Shown: positions 36,626-48,682, counted from the stretch's first letter. The stretch is 64,000 nucleotides of DNA from Squalus acanthias (GCA_030390025.1 CM059432.1:93188001-93252000), one strand, 5' to 3'. Notes: generated from the sequence alone by a model not told the origin. Made by a program: numbers and translations.

Positions 36626-39526
36626 CTTGGCAGGGGAATGGGATACGGAGTGGAGCTATAGTAGGGGGTGATGCACAGCCAAATATAGAGGAAAAAACAA
36701 GTCAGTCTGGAAGGCAGAGCAAATATGTAACGGCACAAGGGAGTATGGCAAGACTAGATGGCATTTATTTTAATGCAAGGAGTCTTGCGAGTAAGGCAGA
36801 TGAATTGAAGGTGTTGATGAACACATGGGAGTATGATATTGTTGCTATCACAGAGACATGGTTGAGGGAGGGGCAGGACTTGCAGCTCAATATTCCGGGG
36901 TATGGAATCTTCAGGCGAGACAGAGGGGGGTGTAAAAGAGGAGGGGGTGTCGCAATCTTAATCAAGGAGTCAATTACTGCAATAAGGAGGGATGATATCT
37001 TAGCAGGTTCCTCTAATGAGGCCATATGGGTAGAACTTAAAAACAAAAAGGGGGCAAGCACTTTGCTGGGAGTGTACTATAGGCCCCCAAACAGTCAGGG
37101 GGTGATAGAGGAAAAGATATGTAGGCAAATCTCAGAGAAGTGTAGAAATAATAGAGTAATAATAGTAGGGGATTTCAACTTCCCCAATATTAACTGGGAT
37201 AGTCAGAGTGTGAAAGGCTTCAAGGGTGCGGAATTCTTAAAGTGCAACCAGGAGAGCTTTTTGAGCCAGCATGTAGAAAGTCCTACAAGAGAGGGGGCGG
37301 TACTGGACCTAATTCTGGGAATGTAGCCGGGCAAGTGGTAGCAGTGTCAGTAGGAGAGCATTTTGGTGGCAGTGACCATAATTCGGTGAGATTTAAGGTA
37401 GTCATGGAAAAGGACAAAGATGGACCGGAAATAAAGGTTCTAAATTGGGGGAAGGCCGATTTTAATATGATAAGGCAGGATCTGGCCAAAGTGGACTGGG
37501 ATCAGCTACTTGTAGGAAAATCCACATCAGAGCAGTGGGAATGACTTCAGAAAGGAAATAGAGTACAGCGCCAACATGTTCCCGTAAAGGTCAAGGGTGG
37601 GACCAACAAGTCCAGGGATATACAAGAATGGATTAGGAGAAAAAGGGAGGCTTTTGGCAGATCTAAAGGGCTAAAAACAGTGGAAGCCCTGGAGGAGTAT
37701 AGAAAGTGCAGGGGGTACTTAAAAAAGAAATTAGGAGAGCGAAGAGGGGGCATAAAAAAAACACTGGCGGGCAAAATAAAAGAAAATTCCAAGGTGTTTT
37801 ATAAGTATATTAAGGGCAAGAGGATAACCAGGGAAAGAGTAGGGACCAAAGTGGCAATCTGTGTGTAGAGCCGGAAGATGTAGGTGAGGTTTTAAATAAA
37901 TATTTTGCATCTGTGTTCACTATGGAGAAGGACAAGGTAGGCATAGAAATCAGGCAGGGGGATTGTGATATACTTGAACAAATTAGTATTGAGAGGGAGG
38001 AGGTACTAGCGGTTTTAGCGGGCTTAAAAGTGGATAAATCCCCAGGCCCTGACGGGATGTATCCTAGGCTGCTGTGTGAGGCAAGGGAGGAGATTGCAAG
38101 GGCTCTGACACAAATTTTCAGAACCTCTCTGGCCACAGGGGAGGTGCCAGAGGACTGGAGGACAGCTAACGTAGTACCATTATTCAAGAAGGGTAGTGGG
38201 GATAAACCAGGGAATTACAGGCCAGTGAGCCTAACATCAGTGGTAGGGAAATTATTGGAAAAAATTCTGAGGGACAGAATTAGTCTCCACTTGGAGAGGC
38301 AAGGATTAATCAAGGATAGTCAGCATGGCTTTGTCAGGGGGAGATCATGTCTAACCAATTTGATTGAATTTTTCGAGGGGGTGACTAGGTATGTGGATGA
38401 GGGTAGTGCAGTTGATGTGGTCTACATGGACTTTAGTAAGGCTTTTGACAAAGTCCCGCATGGGAGACTGGTCAAGCAGGTAAGAGCCCATGGGATCCAG
38501 GGCAATTTGGCACATTGGATCCAAAATTGGCTTAGTGGCAGGAGGCAGAGGGTGATGGTCGAAGGTTGTTTTTGTGACTGGAAGCCTGTGTCCAGTGGTG
38601 TACCGCAGGGATCAGTGCTGGGTCCCTTGCTGTTTGTAGTGTACATTAATGATTTAGATATGAATGTAGGAGGTATGATCAGTAAGTTCGCAGATGACAC
38701 GAAAATTGGTGGAGTGGTAAATAGCGAGGAGGGAAGCCTCAGGCTACAGGACGATATAGACGGGTTGGTCAGATGGGCAGAACAGTGGCAAATGGAATTT
38801 AACCCTGAAAAGTGTGAGGTGATGCATTTTGGGAGGACTAACAAGGCAAGGGAATACACAATGAATGGTAGGACCCTAGGAAGGACAGAGGGTCAGAGGG
38901 ACCTTGGTGTGCATGTACATAGATCCCTGAAGGCAGCAGGACAGGTAGATAAGGTGGTTAAGAAGGCATATTGGATACTTGCCTTCATTAGCCGAGGCAT
39001 AGAATATAAGAGCAGGGAGGTTACGATGGAGCTGTACAAAACGCTAGTTAGGCCACAGCTGGAATACTGTGTGCAGTTCTGGTCGCCACACTATAGGAAG
39101 GATGTGATTGCATTGGAGAGGGTGCAGAGGAGATTCACCAGGATGTTACCTGGGCTGGAGCGTTTCAGCTATGAAGAGAGACTGGACAGGCTGGGGTTGT
39201 TTTCCTTAGAGCAGAGAAGGCTGAGGGGGGACCTGATTGAGGTGTACAAAATTATGAGGACCATAGATAGGGTAGATAGAAAGGAACTTTTCCCCTTAGT
39301 AGAGGGGTCAATAACCAGGGGGCATAGTTTCAAGCTAAGGGGCAGGAGGTTTAGAGGGGATTTGAGGAAAAACTTTTTCACCCAGAGGGTGGTTGGAATC
39401 TGGAACTCACTGCCTGAAAGGGTGGTAGAGGCAGGAACCCTCACAACATTCAAGAAGCATTTAGATGAGCACTTGAAACACCATAGCATACAAGGCTACG
39501 GACCAAGTGCTGGAAAATGGGATTAG
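36616..39526 (+). pseudogene. CR1 ORF2: AP-like endonuclease plus reverse transcriptase, disrupted
   Basis: APE motifs IYFNARS, AITETW, GVYYRPP, VGDFN, LDL and SDHN. Frameshift near 37320; stop and frameshifts at about 37540-37870. The RT part 37913-39526 is open (KSPGPDG, NYRPVSLTS, DFSKAFD, GVPQGSVLGP, KFADD). Confidence 0.93.
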
Positions 39527-39598
39527 AATAGACAGGGCTTGATGGCCGGCGCAGACACGATGGGCCGAAGGGCCTCTTTCTGTGCTCTATGACTCTAT

Positions 39599-40275
39599 GG
39601 GCTGGATTTTGATACTGGGGCGGGTTGGGGTCGTGTTATCCACCCGACTGCAATTGGATGTGGGAGATTGATGCGATTTTCACCTAATTGGGCAATTGAG
39701 TTCCAGCATGTGGGAACCCATGACCCAATTAATGTTTTCAGTCTGAAAGTCGCCTCTGATGATGTCATCATTGCTGCTGCATTGAAGGTCTGCAAAGACT
39801 GCCTGGCCTTTGCTGTGAGAGGACCTGGATGCAAAATGAGCAGCAGCAGCCCTAAGTCTGCTGCCAGATATTTTTGCACCACCACTCCCAGATATATCTC
39901 CTCCTCATCCATCCATCCATCCATTCAGATATGTCTCCTCATCCATCAGATATGTCTCCTCCTCATCCATCCAGATATGTCAGCCAGCCAGCCAAATGTG
40001 CTCCCGCCAGGTTTCACATTCGTGGTTCAGAACAGGCGTGCTTCACGTAGAAAAAGGGTTAAAATCACAAAGGCCTTTCAAAATGGCATTATAGAGGCAA
40101 TTTAGTGCTTGTTAAGGGCCTTAACAGCCTATCCCGCCTCTTAGAGGCGGGACGGAGTCGGGACCAGCAGACACGATTTAATGAAAATTGCGTGGAGGTG
40201 GGCTTGTGCCCGCCCACCAGTTTTCACAATTTTAACCCCCCCCCACGCCTCCAAAGGTCAATGAAAATCCAGCCC
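39599..40275. mobile_element. Non-autonomous PIF/Harbinger-type DNA transposon (MITE), 677 bp, inserted in the CR1 3' tail
   Basis: Perfect 12-bp TIRs GGGCTGGATTTT (39599-39610) and AAAATCCAGCCC (40264-40275); 3-bp TSD TAT at 39596-39598 and 40276-40278. Confidence 0.85.
39888..39985. repeat. Short imperfect tandem repeat (cagatatgtctcctcatccatc-like) inside the MITE
   Basis: Three to four copies of cagatat...ctcctcatccatc with variable ATCC runs. Confidence 0.6.
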
Positions 40276-41797
40276 TATGACTATGAAATGCAGCACTGTT
40301 TTTTGCCTTCAACATTTGGATTCCTTCTTCATGCTTTCATGTACTTATGTTTGTTTTTTCTACAATGCCAGTGAAGGAATGTTGTCATATCTACCACCGA
40401 AGTTACAAAGCTCATGTAACTACTTGTTTTCACAAGTCAGGGCCATTCTGGAGTTGACAGCTTTTTAGGGGCTGTGACAATGTCTGAAAGCTGATGGTCA
40501 GCTTTTGCTCGATTTCTAGGCATGTATGACAGCATTCTTTTCACCAAAATTACGTTTAGTTACTCCATTTGCAAGCTTAATGCTGCTACTAGGTTCCATT
40601 CTTCACCACTGACAGCCTTCATTTTGCTGAAAAGGAGATAAAAATCAAAACAGTACATTACTTGCAGATAGGGCTTTTGCTGGACAGCAGGAAAACAGAA
40701 TATGGGCTCAGAAACAGCTGGATACTTTCACCCAACACTAAATCTGCAGTTCCACCGCAGCACTTTCAGTCTCCCAGTGATGTACAAGCACCTCTGTGAA
40801 ATGTGTTAGGTTTGAGTGTGATTCACTACACCAGCAGGTTTACATAAAGAGTCCAATTAGTGTGTAATCTGCAACTAAGATCTGCCATTCTACTTGTGAA
40901 GGTGATACTGAGAAATAGAAAATACTACATTTTCAAATCAGCGGTGGTGGCAGTTTGGGAATGGAGTGAATTATTTTGTTGCTCTTCTTTCTTGTTTTTA
41001 CCTCAAAGAATTTCTTTCTGAATGGCTAAACGCTCATTGTGTAAAACAAAATCAATTTTCATTTTTAAGCTCACTTCAAAAGATTGTTTTGTCAAAACTC
41101 ACTCATCTGGTTTAAAATGTGACCTACTTTGCTTAATCTCACTTAGACACAGTTCCATGTGTTGAAATGGATTTGTAATCCTCCTTACTTATGTTAATCA
41201 TATACATCCCACTTGTAACATTTCCCTAAAATTAACCTTTCTTCTGAGTTTCTTTCTGGTATTATTTGGTTTTCATTGTATCTGTGACACCTGATGTATT
41301 AAAAGCTGGAGCATGCAGTGATTACTTCCACAAGAGGGCCTCCCAATAAAACCAAAACCCCAAATTCTCACACACGCCCAATGAGATTTTACGTTGGTGC
41401 TGCCTTTCACTACAGAAAAAAAAAGGACTGAAGGAAATACAAACACAGATTAGTACTGGCAAAACTTAGAAAGCATCCAAATTACAGTAAGCAGTGATGT
41501 ATATACCTCTCGTGAGAGTACTGTCTATCACGTACACAATCTATTCAAATGTACGGACTGGGGTTGTTTTCTTATGTTTCACTCAGCGATAGTCTGCGTT
41601 GGCTACTAATTCAAGAACAGTATCTTTAATTATCTGTGCCTGCCTAAATTTCTATCGCTGTGACTCATTGGCGCTGTAGATATAAATAGACTTAAAATTA
41701 GCAGTTCCTGAAGGCGACGAAGCAGAGACTCTCTCTCCTTGTTAGTGGTGGGTGGCATCAAACCTGCGTGCCTCCACTGACAGCAGGAATATAAATA

Positions 41798-42609
41798 CAT
41801 ATAGAATCATAGAATAGTATAGCACAGAAGGAGGCTACTCGGCCCATTGAGTCTGCGCCGGCTCTTTCGAAGAGCAATCCAGTTAGTCCCGCTCCTCCGC
41901 TCTTTCCCCATATCCCTGCAATTTTTTCTCCTTCAAGTATTTATCCAATTCCCTTTTGAAGGCTACTATTGAATCTGTATCCACCACCCTATCAGGCAGT
42001 GCATTCCAAATCCTAACCACTCGTTGCGTAAAAAAGTTTTCCCTCATGTCGCCTCTGGTTCTTTTGCCAATCGCCTTAAATCTGTGCCCTTTGGTTATCA
42101 ACCCTTCGGCCATTGGAAACAGTTTCTCTTTATTTACTCTATCTAAATCCTTCATGATTTTAAACGCCTCTATCAAATCTCCTCTTAGCCTTCTCTGCTC
42201 CAAGGAGAACAACCCCAGCTTCTCTAGTCTATCCACATAATTGTAATCCCTCATTCCTGGAACCATTTTAGTAAATCTCTTCTGTACCCTCTCCAAAGCC
42301 TTCACGTCCTTCCTAAAGTGTGATGCCCAGAATTGGAAACAATTCTCCAGTTGGGGCCGAACCAGTGTTTTATATAGGTTTAGCATAACTTCCTTGCTTT
42401 TGTACTCTATGCCTCTATTTATAAAGCCCAGGATCCCATATGCTTTATGAACTGCTTTGTTAACCTGTCCTGCCACCTTCAAAGATTTGTGCACAAACAC
42501 CCCCAGGTATCTCTGTTCTTGTACACCCTTTAAAATTGTACCATTTAGTATGTATGGCCTCCCTCATTCTTCCTACCAAAATGTATCACCTCACACTTTT
42601 CTGCGTTAA
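41798..42609 (-). mobile_element. 5'-truncated CR1 LINE (RT C-terminus, 3'UTR and tail)
   Basis: ORF 41883-42500 (LYKTLVRPQLE, RRLRGDLIE, FFTQRVVRIWN) is homologous to the 3' end of the 37913-39526 ORF; (ATTCTATG)n tail at about 41800-41815. Confidence 0.92.
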
Positions 42610-42685
42610 CATGTTAACACATAGAGTGCCAAAATACCACAGAGTCAAAATTTAAAATAGCTCTCGTACAAGTCACTAGTAAGAG

Positions 42686-43540
42686 TTTTTTTGTTTGTTC
42701 TCAGGATGTGGGTGATGCTGGTGAGGTCGCATTTATTGCCCATCCCTAATTGCCCAGAGATGGTGGTGGTGAGCCATCTCCTTGAACTACTGCGATCCTC
42801 ATGGTGATGCGACTCACACAATGGCGTTAGATAGAGAATTCCCGGGTTCTGAACCAGCGATGATGATGGAATGGTACATCTCCAAGTCGGGATGGTCTGT
42901 GACTTGAACGGGAACTTAGAGGTGATCATTTTTCCACAACATTCTCATCCTTCTTGGTGGTAAAGGCCACGGGAGAGGGAACTGTGTTAAAGTAAGCTTG
43001 GTGGCTTGCAGCAGTGCATCCTGTAGATTGTACGTACGGCAGCCACAGTGCACCTGTGATGAAGCGGTTGATACTGAGTCCAGTAGCGGGGGACCGAGCA
43101 AGCAAACTACTCTGTCCTTGATGACTGAGCTTCTTGAGTGTTGTTACAGCTGCACCCATCCAAGTGAGTATGCCATCACACCCCTGACTTGAGCTTTCAT
43201 CACAGAGTATGCAGCCTCTGCCTTGCTCTTGTTGTTATGGTGTTGATACGGCTGGTTCAGTTCAGATTCCGCAAGATGTTGATGGTGGTGAACTCGGCAA
43301 TGGTGATACAATTCAAGGTCCGGTTTAGGGGTAGGTACTTGGGCCTTTTCTGATTGGAGATGGTCATTACCTGTCACTTATGTGTCATTAAAGTTACCTG
43401 CCACTTGTCAGCCCAAGCCTGGATGTTATCCAGGCCCTGCAGAAGGCTGGCATGGGCAGCTTCATTATCAGAGGAGTTACGAATGGAGCTGAACATTGTG
43501 CAAGTGTCGGTAAACAACCTTACTCCTGACCTTATGACGG
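42686..43540 (-). mobile_element. Old, degraded 3' fragment of a second CR1/L2-group LINE family
   Basis: Clear nucleotide similarity to 57416-58330 (gcatttattgcccatccctaattg, gttacctgccactt, cttcattatc...gaggagtt.cgaatgga) with many indels. Confidence 0.8.
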
Positions 43541-43565
43541 ATTTTTTACTCCTTTCCTAATGCTA

Positions 43566-46312
43566 ATGGGGGAAAGTTTCTGACCCCCACACTTAAGCGG
43601 TGGGGCCTTGGAGCAGGTGAATGCATTGGACAAATCCTGTGGGATTTCCCAAAATTGGCCTCATTACTTATCCATGGCAAACTCCTAGGCAGATGCTATT
43701 TAAAATTAATTGTTGCTGGACAGAGAGAAGAAATGGTTGCAGAAGAGCAGGTTGGCTCCACAATCGGATGCATTTTTAGATATCCTCTTGGAAGAAGTGC
43801 AGTAAAGGAGGTTTCCGTCCTCTCAGAAGAAATATGCCAGAAGCTTGGCAGTAGGTGGCTGACAGGGTAAATGCAGTCTCCAACATCCAGAGGACCCAGA
43901 TGTAGGTGAGGAAAAAAGGTCAGTAGTCTCAAGAAGTCAACCAAGGTGAGCTGGCATTGCACTTTATCAAGCAGATGGGCAACGTATGCAGAACACTAAC
44001 AATTTCCTGTCACCCTGTTAGATCCTGACTGAGGATAAGGACTCACAAAACACCTCTTTCCCAGCCTCGACCCGTTCCCATACTGCTGCATGGTTTTATT
44101 ACTGACAATCAAGTTGTGATGGTTGTCACCATTTAGAATAGTTACCTCACAAAACAGTCTTAAACGCACAACTGAGCTGCGTGATACACGTTCATTTGCT
44201 CACACATCATCTGCACTGCAGCATGGCCATTTTTCTGTCACTCTCGATGTGCTCTTCAAACTTCCAACATCTCACCATGACTTTTTTACCTCTAGGACAA
44301 AGTGGAGCATAACAGGAGGGAGCAGACCCAAACCAGAGGAGAGCCTCTCATTTTAGACCCCTCAGTCAATATAAATAGGCCAGACTGGATATGTACCTGA
44401 GAACATAGCGCGAGAAGGCCACAGAGGACACCTCGAAGCTCAGGAATGGTACCATCCTTTTTGTGTTATCCCCCCTCCCCTTACTCACCCACATACATTA
44501 ATGCAAATGACCATGACACACACGCTATTAGATATGTAAGCTCTGTTTCAGGGGTTGGTTGCAGCTGTTTCTACAGGCATCTCCAAATAATAAGCCGCAG
44601 ATTAATATTACACCCACAAAGTCACCACCTCACAAGACTGAGCATCACTCACTCCACCTATAAAAAGCACCAGCACAGGTACTTCCACCCTGGGATTTAG
44701 ACAGTCAGTTCAACTTTTACAAATTCCAAAACATCTGATATGAAAAGTAAGTGAAAAGGATAACAAACTCTGAGCCATGTTTATCAAGCTCCCAATGTTA
44801 GTCATAGTAGATGGTCTATGCTTTCCCAGCTCAAACTGACTATGAGTGGGCAGGATCAGGTAGTGGAGACAGAAGAGGAGCTGGAGCCTGCTGTCCACAG
44901 AGCCTGCTGTCCACAGAGCCTGCTGTCCACAGAGCCTGCTGTCCATTCATCCTCAGCTCAAAAGCCTGGAAGCTGGACTTCCCAGGGCATGCAACCAAAA
45001 AAATCCTATTTGAGCACCAACATTTAACATTTGCTCCAGTCATAATAGGGTGTGCCAAGCACCCTGCAAGGTCCTGTGGTGACTGTACAGTTATGTATAA
45101 CCTTTTAATGAACTGTAGTCCAACATGGAGTGCCTGGGAACTCTAGGCTATCTACAGCACAGGATTCGGTGACAGAGGTTGTAAGCCTACTCGGAATATT
45201 CTTCATGAATATTCAGACTGTTGTCACAAAGGCCTTAGGTTTCAATTTCCGAGAGGCTGTCATATTCCGAGGGATGGGATAAAAAGAGCCATTAGACAGG
45301 GCTTCACTGCCATAATTGCTGCTCAGAGGTCTGCTCCCAGACAGATCACTGGGAACACTTAGCAGCAGGAGCAGAAAGGGATGAGGTTGTGGTCTCTTAG
45401 GGCAATACCACATCTGGCTCCTCCAGCACCTCTGCCCCATCACATAACAGTAGATGTGCCAGATACCAAGCAGTACCAGGCAGCCTGGTCACGACACAGG
45501 CAGTTGCAGGGCCACCTCTTTTCCCAGCACAAGGAGGCAGAGGTCAACCTCAATCCCAAGATACTCCAATGGACATCCAGCAGCCAGCCAACAAGCTTAC
45601 TCATGCCTCTGAGGGAGAATCTAGAAAGAGCATTAGAACAGGTTCGAGAGCACACACAATATACAAAGTTACCAACCAAAGCCAAAAAACCTACACATGT
45701 ACATAAATAACTGATAGGGTATTAAATCTGCTTGCACTTTTCTTGGGATGGTGTAGAATAAGGAATGGAATTCTTGGCTGGTGAGTTGGCGCAGAGGCCA
45801 ATGTTGATGAGGGTGCAATTGGCCACTGCATTGCACACAAGTGGAGCGCTATTAATGTATTGAACAGATGGGGAACTTAGGTTTCGTCAATGAGAGCCTG
45901 CAGTACAGGTCCAGCTGGCTCAACATGTAGTTCTGCAGGAATCTCTTCTGGCTTCTTGTATTGGTCTGAAGCACTCCTTCAAGATGTCTTCAGTGTGCTC
46001 GATAATAACTCTGATGGCTGCATGCACTACATTATATCTGCGCTCTGTTGCTGTTCAAGGCTGTCTCAGAGGAGTCAGCAATCAGGGCTGAAGAAAGTAG
46101 GCTAGTTCTCCTCGGAGCCATCCTTGCATCTTTTTTCACTGTCAAATATCCCTGGCACAGAATTCTCCAAGGTCCATGAAATCGTTGATGATATCCAGGT
46201 GACCATATGGGACCCTGCACACAATCCCCAAAGTCCACTGCCTTCCTGAATGCAAGGGACTTCAACTCCTTCAACATGCCGGTCGTCTGTTTCCCAGAGA
46301 GTAGTCATTAAG
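43566..46312. mobile_element. Degraded PIF/Harbinger element: Myb/SANT gene relic (+) convergent with transposase relic (-). Boundaries approximate.
   Basis: Plus strand about 43765-43945 reads DAFLDILLEEVQ*RR...AWQ*VADRVNAVSNIQRT..VRKK, then a gtgag donor; about 44294-44345 reads DKVEHNRREQTQT. Minus strand about 45960-46100 reads YFLQP*LLTPLRQP*TATERRYNVVHAAIRVIIEH..ILK.CFR. Confidence 0.7.
44884..44945. repeat. 16-bp tandem repeat AGCCTGCTGTCCACAG, about 3.8 copies
   Basis: Units start at 44885, 44901, 44917 and 44933. Confidence 0.9.
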
Positions 46313-46644
46313 TTTTCATGTTGAGAAGTGAGTACCTATGAAATATCACATCTGTTACTGGTTATGTCACTTTTTTATATATTAAAAAGTTTAAGCCTGT
46401 CAAACACTTTCATGGTTATGGAAGTGCTGAGTATTTTTATGGAAAAACAAATGTTTGAAGAAGTTGCCTGACCCTCTCGTTCTGCTGCTGGCTGCCGATT
46501 GGAAAAGTGAAGAAACTGGTTGTCCTGGCAAACAGTATACCAGTCCCCTGCTTGCTAAATCTGTGAACTGTTGCTGATGTCCCCTGTGGCAGCTTGGAAT
46601 GAGCCAGATGCAAAAAAAATTCAGGGCTGTGGTGACTTTGCCAC

Positions 46645-47356
46645 TGTTGTCAAAAGCTTGATCAAAGAGGTGGGTTTTAAGGAAGGTCTTCACGGAGAAG
46701 AGAAAGATGGAGAAGTGGAGGGTTGTAGGGAAGGAATTCCAAAGTGTGGGGCCTAGAAGGCTGAAGGCAGGTCTATCAATAGAGGGGTGAAGGGAGGGGG
46801 ATGCACAAGAGGCCGGAGTCAGAGGAACAGAGAGTTCTGCAGGGGTTTTCGGGCTGGAGGAGATTACAGAGATAGGGTGGGGTGAGGTCATGAAGGGATT
46901 TAAACACAAGGATGAGAATTTTAAATTGGAGGTATTGGGGAAGCAGGAGCCAAGATCGATCAGCAAGGACAGGAGTGATGGGTGAACGGACTTGGTGCAC
47001 GATAGGAATACGAGCAAGTGTTTTGGAGGAGCTGAAGATAGAGGGTGGAAGATGGCCTGGAGAGCACTGGAATAGTCGAGTATGTTGGCGACAAAAGAGT
47101 TTCAGCAGCAGATGGACTGAGGCAGGAGTGGAGATGGGTCATGTTATGGAGGTGGAAGTAGGCGGCTTATTGTCACGGAGAGGATATGCGGTCAAAAGCT
47201 TAGCTCAGGGTTGAGTAGGACACGGGGGTTCTACCTAAGACAGTGGCCGGGAGGGGTATAGAGTTGGTGATGAGGGCATGATATTTGTGGCAGGGATGGA
47301 AATTGATGGCTTTAGTCTTCCTAATGTTTCACTGAAGGAAATTGCGGCTCATCCCG
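46645..47356 (-). mobile_element. L2-clade LINE 3' fragment
   Basis: Minus-strand frames give SPITPVLAD..W, QFKILILVFKSLHDLTPPYL, PAFSLLGPTLWNS and KTFLKTHLFDQAF, typical L2 ORF2 C-terminal motifs with frameshifts. Confidence 0.85.
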
Positions 47357-47733
47357 ATGAGTTCACATTTCTGTCCAAGATGGAATAGAAAATCTACTCT
47401 CTGTATTTCTAGTCAAATAAAGTAACAAAAATCAATATTATCCATTTCTGTTCAGATAGAATTCAGTCGGCATGATTTTAATGCTCCTACATACTTCTCC
47501 TTAGTCTGTCCCTGTGGTTACAATGAAACTTCAGTCTGACATTTATCCCATGTGTGTACAAGACAGAATATGATGGCATAAAGCCATATTTATGTGGCAC
47601 TGCTCATTAAAATTATCTTAAATGTTGCATCTATCAACAGGAAGTAGTTCTACTTTTAATTCCAATGTGGTGTAATTTTGAAGTATTTTGTCCAATTTTG
47701 TTGTGGAACAGCCAAATTCTCTTTCTCTGACAG

Positions 47734-48150
47734 TGTAAGCTGTGGCTCAGTGGTAGCACTTTCACCTCTGAGTCAGAAGGTCGTACGTTCAAGCGCCACT
47801 CCAGAGACTCGATCACATAATCTAGGCTGACACCAGTGTAATACTGAGGGAATGCTGCACTGTCGGAGGTGCCATCGTCTGGATGAGATGTTAAACCGAA
47901 ATCCTATCTGTTCCTTCATGTGGACGTAAATGACCCATGGGACTTTCCGAAGAACAGCAGGGGTGTTCTCCCGGTATCCTAGTCAACATTTATTCCTCAA
48001 CCAACGCCACCAAAAACAGATTATCTCATTGCTATTTGTGGAACCTTGTTATCCGCAAATTGCTTGCTGCATTTCCCTACATTACAAAATGACGACACTT
48101 CAAAGATACTTCATTAACTGTGGACATACGGAGGTCGTGGCACTATATAA
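47734..48150 (+). mobile_element. tRNA-derived DeuSINE-type SINE (SacSINE1-like)
   Basis: Pol III A box (tggctcagtgg) and B-box-like gttcaag; core ctgagggaatgctgcactgtcggaggtgcc...gatgagatgttaaaccga; LINE-like 3' end cacttcaaagatacttcatt...ctatataa. Confidence 0.85.
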
Positions 48151-48682
48151 TAAAACTCTTTGTAGAAGGGGTCATTTTATTAAATCCCGCACTGCCGCTA
48201 TCTACTAGGAATACAGGAAAATCATGGGGGTGGGAGGAGTGGGGGGTGGGGGGGGAGGAATAGACGGCTGCATGCCTGAACTCTCCATATCCATTCCAGA
48301 CAGGCAATGGTCTGCACTGGGAGCATGAACTTTTTCACCTTATAGCTGAACTACAGACCGGCCAGCTAACTGATTCATCCTAGTAGAAATGAACAGTAGT
48401 AATCCCACTGCGGCGCAGTCCCTAGTAAAGGAGATGTTTACTATCAATAAGGTTATCAAAACAGCTCTTTTCAGTATTTTAGGATTTGGAGATACCGTCC
48501 CCACTACTTAAAAGTTCCACGTTTAAAACGGGCAGTCGCTTACATCGGCCAAAAAGCGATAACCATTAACCATTTACTTTAACGTCAATTTCAAAGTTGC
48601 TGGTTATAGTGTCTTAAGTGCTCCGTTTATTTCGGGCAGAAACAGCTGTGCGTAGTGTGATATTGTATGAGAGAAGTACACA

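Larger units (their letters stand above)
35369..39598 (+). mobile_element. CR1-clade LINE, near full length and inactivated. The true 5' end may be near position 44, and the tail continues at 40276-40285.
   Basis: GC-rich 5'UTR, ORF1 with esterase domain, ORF2 with APE and RT domains, CR1-type 3'UTR hairpin (ggccgaagggcc) and octamer-like tail (ctctatga repeats). Confidence 0.95.

Noticed and set aside
36048..39489. Antisense ORFs overlapping CR1 ORF1 and ORF2
   Set aside because: These are shadow frames of LINE coding sequence with no recognisable domains.
40660..40800. Possible minus-strand exon (tttcacag acceptor to gtaatg donor)
   Set aside because: All three frames contain stops, and there is no other evidence for a host gene.
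47734..47810. tRNA gene (also 52470-52544 on the minus strand)
   Set aside because: The tRNA-like heads continue into SINE core and tail sequence, so they are SINE promoters rather than tRNA genes.
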